Shown here in pieces: positions 1-14,499 of a stretch of DNA of 64,000 bases. A model generated the notes under the pieces. It had not been told where the DNA came from. It was given only the letters and a program-made list of their open reading frames with translations, and did no database searches. This DNA comes from Octopus vulgaris (Eukaryota): assembly GCA_951406725.2 (NCBI GenBank), contig OX597817.1, positions 87,358,001 through 87,422,000 on the forward strand. Direction: 5' to 3'. The position numbers were made by a program, and so were the translations under genes. The first letter of the stretch is position 1. Each line of letters opens with the position of its first letter.

Positions 1-1680
1 ATCATTCATCGTCTTTTTTCATACCATGTTTCTCCCCCATTATGTGTTTATCTGTCCTTGTGCTGTCCCCTCTGTGTCGGGCCTTTATGGCTAAAATAAA
101 CTAAAACAGTATCGTATGCGCAGCCATATATTAGACAGAGTCGTAGAAGCTATTAAGAAGAGATATCGTGGATTACGTGATGGTGATTTGACAGTTGGTG
201 AATGAATACACTAGAAGGCCGTAACCACCATAAAATATAACAATTCCCAAAATGTCATTTCTGTTTTAAGATGGTAGGGTGCGATTGCGTGTATAGTTGG
301 ATACAAACTGTAACCATGCAGGCGTTTAACATCCCTTTTATTCATACAATTTTCAATCAATTTAATAGCAAAATGGTGAGTGAATATATACTAACAATCT
401 ATGTGATAATATTTTGAATTCTTAGACACAAGATGTTTCTGTATAATATTCTATATAGTGAGATTAATGTTGATTCCTTCTAATCTTAAGAAAAGTTATA
501 TTTTGTTAAGGAATCTGAATATTTTGATTTTTTTTCTTGTTTCTGTGCATATATTTTAATATCTCGTTGTTCAAAGCACTCTTCGTTCGCTGTTGTGAAC
601 ATAGAACACTAATTTAAACCATAAAATTTCACATTTGACATAACAACATTGAGCACTAATTCAACTCATAAACCCGTTTGACTGTTGTACCAAGTGCACT
701 AATTGTCACAGGACAATTGTTACTTTTGTCTTCCGCAATCTCTTCATCTCTATGGCAACATTAGCAATAAGAGCAGCAATAACAGCTATAAAGAAGAAAT
801 AACAAAATAAATATATATTACATGTGAAACAAACATCACCCGAAAGAAATGCAAAAGCCATTAAAAAATATAAGAATATTGTGCTCTCTGAAGTGATGCC
901 GCCTCCTGTCGAGGAGATGAACAGTGCACAATTTTATACAAATCCACAAATGTATACACTTAGTGAAGGTACTGCGTGGCCTAATGGCTAAGGTTTTTGA
1001 CTTATGATAACAATGTAGGTTCCTGGACCGAGCAGTGCATTGTATCTTTGAGGAAGGCACAGTAGTTACATTACTCTAGGGTACTAACCTGAAAATGAGC
1101 ACATTAAGTTGCTCTCCCCTGTCTGTCTATCTGTCTGTCTATCTCTGTCTGTTTCTCTTTCTTTCTTTCTTTCTTTCCTTCTATCAGTCACATCCTGAAT
1201 GTGTCAAGGGTGATGGAACCTCGAGAGGATTCCAATATCTGCTTGTGACTACATAGCTGTTAAAAACAATTAGCGAAAGCATTGTACATGCCGTCAAGTC
1301 ATAACCAAATGGCGACTAGCTGTACTTGTGCTATTATAATGCAGAGGGGCCCAAAACCATAGTTCCCAACTTCAGCGTAATTTTAATTCTTAAAAGTATG
1401 ACTCACAGTAGTTTACATATCACGAGAGAAACAAGGCAGGATGGCAACAAATATGTGCAATAGCGAGAAGCGAGCAATGGCGACAAGCATATGCATATGC
1501 CAAGGTTTCATTAAGATCCTGCTGGATATGGAACATTGCTTGACCAGCATTAGAGTTAACAATCTGTTGCCTCAATGTGACTCGACCAAAATATCTGCAA
1601 TGATGGAAGAATATGAGAAACATTACGATCCAAGTATACCATTCCAGTGGAATCAGACTAAGATGTCACTAGAGTTTTAA

Positions 1681-1983
1681 GTATTACAGCACCGTAGATT
1701 CGTCCTAAAATATCCGGTTGTTTATATTTCTAAGAGTGTGTATACGGGTGATCGACAAGAAGAGCATAGCCGAATGGTATACTCTGGTGAAGCAGACCAT
1801 CTCAGAGCGTTCTGCGCCTTGGTGAAGAAGACGAGAGTGCAGCATCATTATCCATCGCTGCTACCAATCAGCCGATTGCTACAATCACATTCGGCTATGC
1901 TCTTCTTGTCGATCACCCGTATACACACTCTTAGAAATATAAACAACCGGATATTTTAGGACGAATCTATGGTGCTGAAATAC
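1681..1983. mobile_element. MITE/fold-back element with 96-bp terminal inverted repeats
   Basis: 1681-1776 is the reverse complement of 1888-1983 with 2 mismatches, around a 111-bp spacer; no clear TSD seen. Confidence 0.75.
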
Positions 1984-3439
1984 TACAATCACAGGGGTAG
2001 CAACAGCTGCAGCAACATAAGCAACAATAACAGCTACTTCAACGGACATTAAAAAATATGAAGTTTTTCTACAAACAACAACAGCATCAGAGTAACAACA
2101 AGAACAACAACAAAACACAGACATAACAGCAACACTCCGATCGCTCGAATGAAGAAGATGACGAGGATGGAAAAGCCTCCGAAAGTTGAGAACCATCATC
2201 AAATAGGAAAGGTAGTGAGTTAGGAAAAGTAAGAGAGTTAGAGAAAATAAGATATCTGTCTCCCATAATCCAAAGTTTTGGAAGCATAAAAAAAAAGAAA
2301 AAAAGGAAACAAAGCAAAAGTGACGCGGCCAATGATGTTTATCATGAAGCAGGTCAATAACAACAACAACAACAACAATAACAAATAAGAATGACAACAA
2401 TAAAAGTCATGTCAGCATAGTTATTGTTGTTGTTGTTAAAATAACTTGTTTATCATCGAACAGTAATCTAAGATTGCTCAGATGGTTTGCTCTCTGAACT
2501 TCTTTACACTTATACGAACGCTAAACTTATTTTCCATAAGTATTTTATAAAATCCATGATCTAAACCACTATTAGATCGTTGCGTTATTTCACTATACAA
2601 AACGAAGGAAAAAGATTTCATAGAAATACTTCCTGCTAGGAATTGTCAATATATTCCTAGAATTTTCATGCCATCATCAATCATATTGCATGCTTCCAAG
2701 GGAATGTTCTGCTTATCTTCTAATACATTCGGAAATGTTAGCTGAGAAAATCATCAGATGTAGAGGAAGCAAGTTGCCCTAAAAATAGATAAAATAAAAA
2801 AGAGAAAAATACGTGTAGAGTTTGTGAAGCAGGAAAATATATAAACACTATACGGGTGGTTTCACTCTTGCTAGCATTTGCAAATATGTCTGGAGGCTAC
2901 CATTTTTGGTTTGTCCATTAAGCCCAAGGTACTTTTTTCCTTATTCCTCGTTCGCAGTTGTGACACTGGAAAATTAGATTTACGACATGATTTACGCTGA
3001 TAACCAAATTCCAGCTACTTTGATCCTGATCAATTGAATTAACGTAGGAATTTTCCGAAAATATTCAGGCAAATATTCCTCAGGTATTCTCTCCATAGTT
3101 TTGTTCAGTATTATGTTATTTCTCTATTTTATTACAGATTTAGTAGTTTTTGTTTTCTGCTTCGGTTTTTATCACTTATTGATGTTTCCCAATTTCTAAC
3201 GTTCTTCGTATTCACTGCCCTATTCACTATTCTTTAAGATTATTCTTCAAGATTAATGCTCAGTATCACTCACTGGTAACTTCACTGAAGATCGAGCATG
3301 TTAATAGAATGGTCTGTTTTGCTGACCATGGAGATTATTTTGCAACAATGAACAGGGCGCTGTCAGTTGCAATCTCCAGTTATTGAGAAATACCATTACA
3401 CGGACGCACAAATATACATACCAATGCATTTAGATATAT

Positions 3440-3555
3440 GTATTCATACTCACGCATGCATACACATATAGTTATATAATATAATATAATACAATATAAT
3501 ATAATATAAAATAATATATATATATGTATATACATGCATATACATATATATATGC

Positions 3556-3596
<41 letters not shown>

Positions 3597-3730
3597 CATA
3601 CATATGTATACATACACACATACATATACATACACACATATATACATAAAGATATCTATATATACATATACATATATATATATATATTTATATGTATATA
3701 TAGATATCTTTATGTATATATATGTATATG

Positions 3731-3761
<31 letters not shown>

Positions 3762-3787
3762 GTATTATATGTATGTATATATGTATG

Positions 3788-3825
<38 letters not shown>

Positions 3826-3854
3826 TATACATATATATGTATATGCATATATAC

Positions 3855-3940
<86 letters not shown>
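3440..3940. repeat. (TA)n/(TATG)n compound microsatellite
   Basis: Directly visible dinucleotide and tetranucleotide runs. Confidence 0.95.
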
Positions 3941-4469
3941 AGAAGTACTTTTCAGCCATACACTATAGAAGAATGCATCTGCTTAATGTGTCGAGTAGCA
4001 GCTACACCAGAACTTTTAAGCTGCGAAACGAACTTTTTAATCATAGTCATGTCTGCGTCCGCATTCATGCTTCTATGTAAACATGTATTTATGTAAACAA
4101 ATATATTTGTGTGTGTGTGTGTGTGTGTGTGAAGTAAAGTACAAACTTTATTCTGAAGTCAGGTGAGAATTTAGATATAAAAAGAATTACTCAGAGAAAT
4201 ATTGTTTTCAGACAGAATAAAATTCCGGGTTTTTAACGAGTGAGAATAAGGGCAGTAACTAAGAATTGGTGATTAAGAAACATATGCTTGCCACATTCTT
4301 CCGTTTCTCTCTGTAAGTTTATTTAGAAAAGGTCAGTCTTTTGTTAAGCAATTAAACAATTCTCCCACACATCCCATATTTTGGGGGATTTGTTTTTCTT
4401 TTCTGCATATATTGACCCACCGATAGATATTGGATATTAGTTTCGACAAACTTCTCGTCATTAATTAGA

Positions 4470-5051
4470 CGGAGTAATTTAAATATTCAGGCGGTTATAT
4501 TACACAGAACAAAATTTATTATAGTGTAAGGAAAGGACTAGCTTGAGCGGCAATAAATAAGCGAGATAAAATATGAAAATTTTAACACTGACAGAGAACT
4601 GAAACGTAGATTTTTCAGGGCTTGTATAGAAATAATTCTGCTTAAACTAGTCAGAAACTTGGACCATATCACGAAACTTAGAAATATGGATTATATATTA
4701 ATCAATTGAGAAACATTTTTAACATCAGCTGGAGAAAGAATGTAACCTACAGACAGCTATACCAACCCCTGCTACAGCTGACAGATACCTTTCGGCAGGG
4801 AAGATTACGCTTTGTGTGGCTATTGCCACATAACTGGGGACCAACCAGTTTGTAAACTATATTTTGGTTACCATCAGGAGTTGGACGGCGCATAGGAGCA
4901 GGGATGATGATGTTTCCAAAGATGCTGAGATAGGATAACAGTATAAACTCTGATTCTGAAATGAAAGTGGTGATAGGGGACAAAGACAGCTGGAGGTACA
5001 AAGTGAAAGATGTCATCGTTACATCTGCCGATGACTGATAATGGTGATGAC

Positions 5052-5085
<34 letters not shown>

Positions 5086-5112
5086 CTGATGATGATGATG
5101 ATGATGGTGGTG
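4470..5112 (+). mobile_element. Decayed RTE-clade LINE, 3' end with (GAT)n tail
   Basis: Broken translation NFKYSGGYI..VRKGLA*AAINK..RRFFRACIEIILL..SETWT..RLRF..DKDSWR matches the RTE RT C-terminus (FKYLGS, RKxxAW, LLYGSETWT, RRLRF); ends in a GAT repeat. Confidence 0.7.
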
Positions 5113-5137
5113 ATATATATGTATATATATATAAAAG

Positions 5138-5520
5138 AAACAAGTCAAAAATAATGGTCATTACATATTTTTTCCTTTATTGGAGCAAATTTGGCTTACA
5201 GCTGTTTCCAGTAGTTATTATAGGTACATTACTGATAGGTTTACCCAATTGGTCCATTGATCAATTAAGGAAGATTAATTTTCTGAGGTCGTTGAATATT
5301 CCTTAATTGATCAAAGAACCAGTTGGGTAAACCAATCAGTAATGTTCCTATAACGACTACTGGAAACAGCTGTAAGCCACACTTTCCCCAATAAAGGAAA
5401 AAATATGTAATGACCATTATTTTTAACTTGTTTTAAATATCACTCTCTTTAAAAACCTGTTTATCTGGAGCCCATCCGAGGATTTACAATATAGAATTAC
5501 CACAATATTACCACAATATT
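5138..5520. mobile_element. Penelope-like pLTR fragment in inverted configuration with a partial minimal hammerhead
   Basis: About 140-bp arms at 5138-5278 and 5292-5433; each arm has GAAACAGCTGTA (5363-5374 +, 5197-5208 -), the palindromic stem III plus GUA of PLE minimal hammerheads. Confidence 0.6.
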
Positions 5521-5606
5521 ACCTAAAGTTCTTCACTAATCTACATAATATTGTTAGTCTGGTGTGCCAACAGAGAGCTTATGAAGTATTTTGCCTAGAT
5601 TTTTTT

Positions 5607-5860
5607 TATTCTTTTGTTTGTTTAAGTCATTTGACTGCGGCCATGCTGGAGCACTACCGTTAGTCGAACAAATCGACCCCAGGACTTACTCTTGGTAAGC
5701 CTAGTACTTATTCTATGGGACTCTTTTGCCGAACCACTAAGTTACGGGGAAGTAAACAGACCAGCATCAGTTGTCAAGCGATAGTGGGGGGTACAAACAG
5801 ACGCACACACACACACATACACACACACACACTCACACACACACACATACACATATATAT
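5607..5860 (-). mobile_element. tRNA-derived SINE family A, 3' half
   Basis: Matches other copies (gtcatttgactgcggccatgctggagcac...ttttgccgaacc...gttgtcaagcg). Confidence 0.8.
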
Positions 5861-5872
5861 AATACACATTAA

Positions 5873-6092
5873 GTACAGAATATCACTAACGAGCGAAAAA
5901 TATGAAAACAAACAGCACAAAATACCAAAAGAAGATATCTCACCCGTCAGTTGTCGACTGTTTTACTTCTGACTATTTTATGGTTTTAATGACAAGATAG
6001 GAAAACTTCATAAGACACCAGCATCCAGAAATTTTAAAAGTATAAAATTTGTGGACAGTTAAGGCTTCGAACGAACAAATAACAAAAAAGTC
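5873..6092 (-). mobile_element. Diverged PLE-type pLTR fragment with a degenerate rearranged hammerhead
   Basis: Minus strand reads CCTATC TTGTC ..ACCAT AAAATAG ..AAAACAGTC GACAA CTGACGG GTGAG, the same layout as 46568-46628. Confidence 0.55.
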
Positions 6093-6239
6093 ATACATAC
6101 ATACACACACACACACCACACAGATATATATATATATATATATATATGCTGCATATTCAAAGCGATATTTGTCCCTTTTTATGTGAGGATGTGTAATACA
6201 TTCATGTGTTGTTGTTTTGCCGTTGGATTTCGGTTAAGT

Positions 6240-9200
6240 TATCATATTACAAAAGAAAAGCTATTTTCTAAACAGTATCGCTATTCAACGTAAAATGAAA
6301 TGGAGTTGTCGAATTTGGAACGCTTGTGAGCTAAGGTCTACTCAGTCAGGACTAACAACAACAACAACAAGATCATTAAACAACATTGATACTTAATTAC
6401 TTCCTCATTTATGTATGTTTATGTATAGGCACAAAGGAATGCAGGTATGTGTAGGTAGACATGACAAACTTCTGCATGCATATGGCTATATATAAACGTG
6501 CATGTCTTGCCTCTGGGTTGATTGTACCAAAAGCTAAATTGATCTGAAAAGTTTGGAACTCGTAGTCATATTCTACTGGAAGAAGAATTGTATTATTTTT
6601 TGTTCAAAAGCCAGCATATTGAACGATTGCTTTGCTGATTGAGTGACTGATTATCATGTTAAATGATTGTCTTGTTGATTGATTGACTGATTGACATTTT
6701 GAGTGAATGCCTTGTTGATTGATTGACCCTGACTGATTGACATATCGAACGATTACCTTGTTGATCAAGTGACTGATTATCATGTACAATGATTGCCTTG
6801 TTGAATGATTGACTGATTGTCATGTTGAATGATTACCTTGTTGATTGATTGATTAGATGTCATGTGGAATGATTGTCTTGTTGATTGACTGACTGATTAT
6901 CCTATCGAATGATTGTCTTGTTAATTGCTTGACTGATGTTGAATGGTTATTTTTGTAAATGACTGGATGATTTCCATTAAGGGTCTTACAGCAATGAATT
7001 TTATTGGATTTGGTATATCATCGAGACATTTGCATTACTAGATCCTCAAACACGATCTTCAGATTTTCTGCGAATAACTTGATACTTACAAACTCTCTGC
7101 ACTTAGATTTAATTCTATCAACCATTCTGCTACTCATCCATATAACTATATGACATACGAAAATTTCCCAAAGGTGCATCCTGGTTGATGATTAAGTACA
7201 ATCTACAATATCTGATGTATGGAGCCAAAAATAGTTATAAATATATGTGGAAATAAATTTTGATTAATGAAGAAATACGTAGTTAACGCTAATGAAAATA
7301 TATTCCCAGCAGAAACAAAGGAGAGAAATCCCCAAATTTTGATCGACCACGATTATTTTAAATGAAGATATACAGGAAGGGGCACGGGCAACAGGTTCCA
7401 TCTTTTGATTGCCCGGGTTACACTCCGTAAATGTCATACAGGAATAATTCAGCAAGGTGTTTAAGATTTCAGAGCGACAGTGAGAGAAAATTTAAAGTGT
7501 GAATAATATTAAACAAATTAATAAAATGACAATAGAGAATTTCCTATCATATTACAAAAGAAAAACTATTTTCTAAACAGTATCGCTATTCAACGTAAAA
7601 TGAAATGGAGTTGTCGAATTTGGAACGCTTGTGAGCTAAGGTCTACTCAGTCAGGACTAACAACAACAACAACAACAACAAGATCATTAAACAACATTGA
7701 TACTTAATTACTTCCTCATTTATGTATGTTTATGTATAGGCACAAAGGAATGCAGGTATGTGTAGGTAGACATGACAAACTTCTGCATGCATATGGCTAT
7801 ATATAAACGTGCATGTCTTGCCTCTGGGTTGATTGTACCAAAAGCTAAATTGATCTGAAAAGTTTGGAACTCGTAGTCATATTCTACTGGAAGAAGAATT
7901 GTATTATTTTTTTGTTCAAAAGCCAGCATATTGAACGATTGCTTTGCTGATTGAGTGACTGATTATCATGTTAAATGATTGTCTTGTTGATTGATTGACT
8001 GATTGACATTTTGAGTGAATGCCTTGTTGATTGATTGACCCTGACTGATTGACATATCGAACGATTACCTTGTTGATCAAGTGACTGATTATCATGTACA
8101 ATGATTGCCTTGTTGAATGATTGACTGATTATCATGTTGAATGATTACCTTGTTGATTGATTGATTAGATGTCATGTGGAATGATTGTCTTGTTGATTGA
8201 CTGACTGATTATCCTATCGAATGATTGTCTTGTTAATTGCTTGACTGATGTTGAATGGTTATTTTTGTAAATGACTGGATGATTTCCATTAAGGGTCTTA
8301 CAGCAATGAATTTTATTGGATTTGGTATATCATCGAGACATTTGCATTACTAGATCCTCAAACACGATCTTCAGATTTTCTGCGAATAACTTGATACTTA
8401 CAAACTCTCTGCACTTAGATTTAATTCTATCAACCATTCTGCTACTCATCCATATAACTATATGACATACGAAAATTTCCCAAAGGTGCATCCTGGTTGA
8501 TGATTAAGTACAATCTACAATATCTGATGTATGGAGCCAAAAATAGTTATAAATATATGTGGAAATAAATTTTGATTAATGAAGAAATACGTAGTTAACG
8601 CTAATGAAAATATATTCCCAGCAGAAACAAAGGAGAGAAATCCCCAAATTTTGATCGACCACGATTATTTTAAATGAAGATATACAGGAAGGGGCACGGG
8701 CAACAGGTTCCATCTTTTGATTGCCCGGGTTACACTCCGTAAATGTCATACAGGAATAATTCAGCAAGGTGTTTAAGATTTCAGAGCGACAGTGAGAGAA
8801 AATTTAAAGTGTGAATAATATTAAACAAATTAATAAAATGACAATAGAGAATTTCCTATCATATTACAAAAGAAAAGCTATTTTCTAAACAGTATCGCTA
8901 TTCAACGTAAAATGAAATGGAGTTGTCGAATTTGGAACGCTTGTGAGCTAAGGTCTACTCAGTCAGGACTAACAACAACAACAACAACAACAAGATCATT
9001 AAACAACATTGATACTTAATTACTTCCTCATTTATGTATGTTTATGTATAGGCACAAAGGAATGCAGGTATGTGTAGGTAGACATGACAAACTTCTGCAT
9101 GCATATGGCTATATATAAACGTGCATGTCTTGCCTCTGGGTTGATTGTACCAAAAGCTAAATTGATCTGAAAAGTTTGGAACTCGTAGTCATATTCTACT

Positions 9201-10170
9201 GGAAGAAGAATTGTATTATTTTTTGTTCAAAAGCCAGCATATTGAACGATTGCTTTGCTGATTGAGTGACTGATTATCATGTTAAATGATTGTCTTGTTG
9301 ATTGATTGACTGATTGACATTTTGAGTGAATGCCTTGTTGATTGATTGACCCTGACTGATTGACATATCGAACGATTACCTTGTTGATCAAGTGACTGAT
9401 TATCATGTACAATGATTGCCTTGTTGAATGATTGACTGATTATCATGTTGAATGATTACCTTGTTGATTGATTGATTAGATGTCATGTGGAATGATTGTC
9501 TTGTTGATTGACTGACTGATTATCCTATCGAATGATTGTCTTGTTAATTGCTTGACTGATGTTGAATGGTTATTTTTGTAAATGACTGGATGATTTCCAT
9601 TAAGGGTCTTACAGCAATGAATTTTATTGGATTTGGTATATCATCGAGACATTTGCATTACTAGATCCTCAAACACGATCTTCAGATTTTCTGCGAATAA
9701 CTCGATACTTACAAACTCTCTGCACTTAGATTTAATTCTATCAACCATTCTGCTACTCATCCATATAACTATATGACATACGAAAATTTCCCAAAGGTGC
9801 ATCCTGGTTGATGATTAAGTACAATCTACAATATCTGATGTATGGAGCCAAAAATAGTTATAAATATATGTGGAAATAAATTTTGATTAATGAAGAAATA
9901 CGTAGTTAACGCTAATGAAAATATATTCCCAGCAGAAACAAAGGAGAGAAATCCCCAAATTTTGATCGACCACGATTATTTTAAATGAAGATATACAGGA
10001 AGGGGCACGGGCAACAGGTTCCATCTTTTGATTGCCCGGGTTACACTCCGTAAATGTCATACAGGAATAATTCAGCAAGGTGTTTAAGATTTCAGAGCGA
10101 CAGTGAGAGAAAATTTAAAGTGTGAATAATATTAAACAAATTAATAAAATGACAATAGAGAATTTCCTAT
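6240..10170. repeat. Tandem triplication of a ~1.31 kb unit
   Basis: Units 6240-7544, 7545-8856 and 8857-10167 are nearly identical; TAT microhomology at the junctions; the same ORFs recur three times in the track. Confidence 0.95.
6620..6960. repeat. Degenerate ~40-bp minisatellite (GATT/GACT-rich) inside the triplicated unit
   Basis: Repeats of gaatgattgtcttgttgattgattgactgattatcatgtt; also present in units 2 and 3. Confidence 0.8.
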
Positions 10171-10427
10171 GACTGTCTTCTGCATGACAAGCCTATAACT
10201 AAGTAACAATTACAATAATTATGGCAGTGAGTCAAAAATATTAAAAAATTTTGGCTGAAATGTGATTATTCATGCAGGTGAGTTTATCATTATGCATGTT
10301 TGTATGTATGTATATATGATACACATACACCGACAGACAGACAGACAGGCAGACAAACAGACACATAAACAGATAGACAGACACACTCATACACCCCCAC
10401 ACACATACACACATATACATATTTATT

Positions 10428-11085
<658 letters not shown>

Positions 11086-11462
11086 AAATACATACGCGCG
11101 CGCACGCACACACACACACATATGTGCAGTATAATTAATTATCGGCAGTAATACTGCGGATGAGAAAAAGTTCCCATTTACAGAAAATAGTAGTAAGCAA
11201 GCAACTCTCCTTCATAATAACGTTGCTCACATACCAAATCCTTGTGTCATACGATTATTATTTAAAGAAGAAAAAAATCATTGTATAAAGCTATTTGAGA
11301 AATAACCTTTTCACGTTGACTAAACTTGTAGCTTTATTGTAAATCATATTAATATTTCTTAACATGGTGAATTTGTGTGGGTGGAGTTCGCATGATCCCG
11401 ACGTAGCGTGATTAATTTTCAACAGAATTCAAAATTCCACCTTAGGTTATATTTCTTGCATG

Positions 11463-11740
<278 letters not shown>

Positions 11741-11839
11741 AAGCACGTGGATAAAGAGATAGATAGATGGATGAATGGAAGGATAGATGGATACAAGAAT
11801 ATCTTTGTGTTTCCTGTGCATATATTTTATATATGTGTG

Positions 11840-11879
<40 letters not shown>

Positions 11880-13937
11880 CAGAGAGACAGAGAGAGCATT
11901 ATAGTAAAATAACAATAACAAAGGAGAATTTGGAAGTAGTTGAATAGAATATTTCATAAATATGATCGAGGGAAGAATAATAACTTAAATTAAAAGTCAG
12001 GATACAAAAAAAAGAGTTTCTTAAATCAGAGAGAAATGCTGAAGGCAAGAATAAAATATAGACCTTTGAATAGAATGAATGAGGTGTGAAAACAAACAGA
12101 AAATACCAGAAATTATCAAAGAATAGTAGCAAAGAAGCTGTCAAATGTCAGAAGAGTGAAGTGAAGAGATAGAGAAAGAGGTGGCGGTCGGGTAGAGGAA
12201 ATATGATAAATGATAAAGAAGAGAGAATGTAGGATCAAGAAAATGAAACGTGGCGAAGAGTGTTTGGAAAAGAGGGGAATATGATGTGAAAGAGAAATAT
12301 AGTGGGGAAAGAGAAACCAAACAGGAAGCGTGAGATGTAGGAAGAGGATAAATATTGCAGAAGAAAGAATTTGGAGAGTGGAAAAGTGGTCGAAAGCTGT
12401 ATCGACAGAAATATATATAAAGATATAACAAACGAGATAGAACGATAGAGAGAGAGGAGGGATAGAGGGATACGAAAACAGAAAGAGAGAGGGAGAGTAA
12501 AACAGAAGAGGGATTAGAAGTTGTTAATAGAAGGAAACAATGTTGAGAGAAGGAGGAAGACAAATTGACAAGCTAATAGAATCTTTGACTCATTAAAAAG
12601 AACAAAAACATATATACATTCACATAATTAATGGGTTCAGTTAAAAGATGAAACATTTTGAAATGATGAAATGTAAAGTATTGTTCTGTGAATTAGAATT
12701 GACGGAGGCGCGATTGGAGAGAAGGAAATAGGAAATTATGAACTTAGGAAATGCAACGTTTGCATCGAAAAGAAACCAGTCAAAAGTAAAGAATGATGAC
12801 AAGAAGAAAAGGAAATAAAGATTAGCATTGTATTAGAGGAAAATGGATAGATTGGATTGGACAGATAGATTAACAAAAAGAAAGAGAAACGGATGGATAA
12901 AGAGAAAGGGAGGGGGGAGAGAGTAGTTGAAGCAAATGTGAGTGCTCTGAATCTGTTCGTTTGTTAAATCATGATGTGACTGTTACCGAAGCTCCAAGCT
13001 GAACTAATATTTCACTATTGACATTTGAAAGGAGACAAAAATATCAGTATGACACCTTTTACAGATGATGCTTATATTGATTTTGTTCAGACTTTTGTTT
13101 ACTTTTCCCCCCAATATTTTGTGATTCTTCGCCTCAGACCTTCATTATTAATAACAGCAATTACAATAATAACATTGATGATGATGACGAGTGATGATTT
13201 ATATTGGTAGTGAGTATAATGATGATGATCTTAAAGATTCGTAATAATAATAATTACGATAACAATAATAATTTCTTTATAGGATGATAAATGTTCGGTT
13301 GAAGAATATTTGTTATTTTCCAAGTTGTAATTCAGCTTTATCAAACATAGCATTTAGTTGATTCCATCAACGACCATTCTAATAAGTACTTATGGCACGT
13401 TACTGCTAGCAAACGTCTTTCTAATAGAATTCAACTGGTTTTGTTTTATTCATTCTTTTTTATCTGTCTTTTGTTCTTAAATCGCTTTATCATAGTTCTT
13501 CCTCGTCCAGCTCCTCTTCAGCTTCTTTCTTGGAACATGTAGTGGTCGGTGGCTGGTGCTCCTGTTAGCTGATCACTGCTATATAATTACTTTGCGTTCT
13601 AGAAGCTGAAAATCCTTACCTATATTTACAGATGTTTGTTTTGTGTTTTATTTCAGGCGGAATGTAAAGACGGTGGTATATTGAAGCTGACATTATTCCT
13701 TTAACATCTCAATTTTGACGAGAAGAGAAGCTACATCCATCTTTATTATTATTGTTGAAAAGAATTTAAAAGAGAGAAATATAATGAACCATGACGATGT
13801 AGAAATTAACTTGGTTATAGAAAAATACATATATTTTATAACACTCTCACGCACATTCTCACACATACACACTTAAGCGTACATAAATATGTATGCATAT
13901 AAAGATAGATATGCATATTATAAAGTAATTTGGTGGT

Positions 13938-14104
13938 GTAAGTCGATTACATCGACCCCTGTGTTCATTTGATATTCATCTTATCGACTCCCTAAAGGAT
14001 AAAAGGCAAAGTCGACCTCGGTGGAATTTGAATTCAGAACGTAAAGTCGGATGAAATGCCACTAAACATTTTGCTCGGCATGCTAACTATTCTGCCTGCT
14101 CGCG
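13938..14104 (-). mobile_element. tRNA-derived SINE family B
   Basis: Reverse complement of gcgagctggcagaa..gttctgagttcaaattcc..gactttgcctttcatcc..gtcgat; followed by (CA)n. Confidence 0.8.
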
Positions 14105-14139
14105 TTACACACACACATACACACACACACACACACTCG

Positions 14140-14226
<87 letters not shown>

Positions 14227-14499
14227 GTAAGTACACAAATGTAATACAAGGTGGGAAATATAGTACTCGGCTACCAAAGGTAGAGTAATATATTTTTGTA
14301 TTAAACCCAAAAAGTATTTTAACAACTTTAATGAATAGCATACATACATACATACAAAATGTGAACACACACACATACACACGTAAATACAGGCTTTCAT
14401 ACCTTTATTTAACTATCCAGCCAGCCAGTCAGCCATTCAGACAGTGAGACAAACAGTCAGATAGACAGACAAAGTGACAAATATACTGGCGTAAACTGC

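Noticed and set aside
1441-1680. 79-aa ATG-started ORF
   Set aside because: No recognisable domain; may be decayed retroelement sequence.
3380-4096. Many ORFs of 60-174 aa (YIYI.. peptides)
   Set aside because: Translations of (TA)n/(TATG)n microsatellites; the same applies to ORFs near 10.5, 11.6, 41.6, 45.3, 50.7, 51.4 and 55.7 kb.
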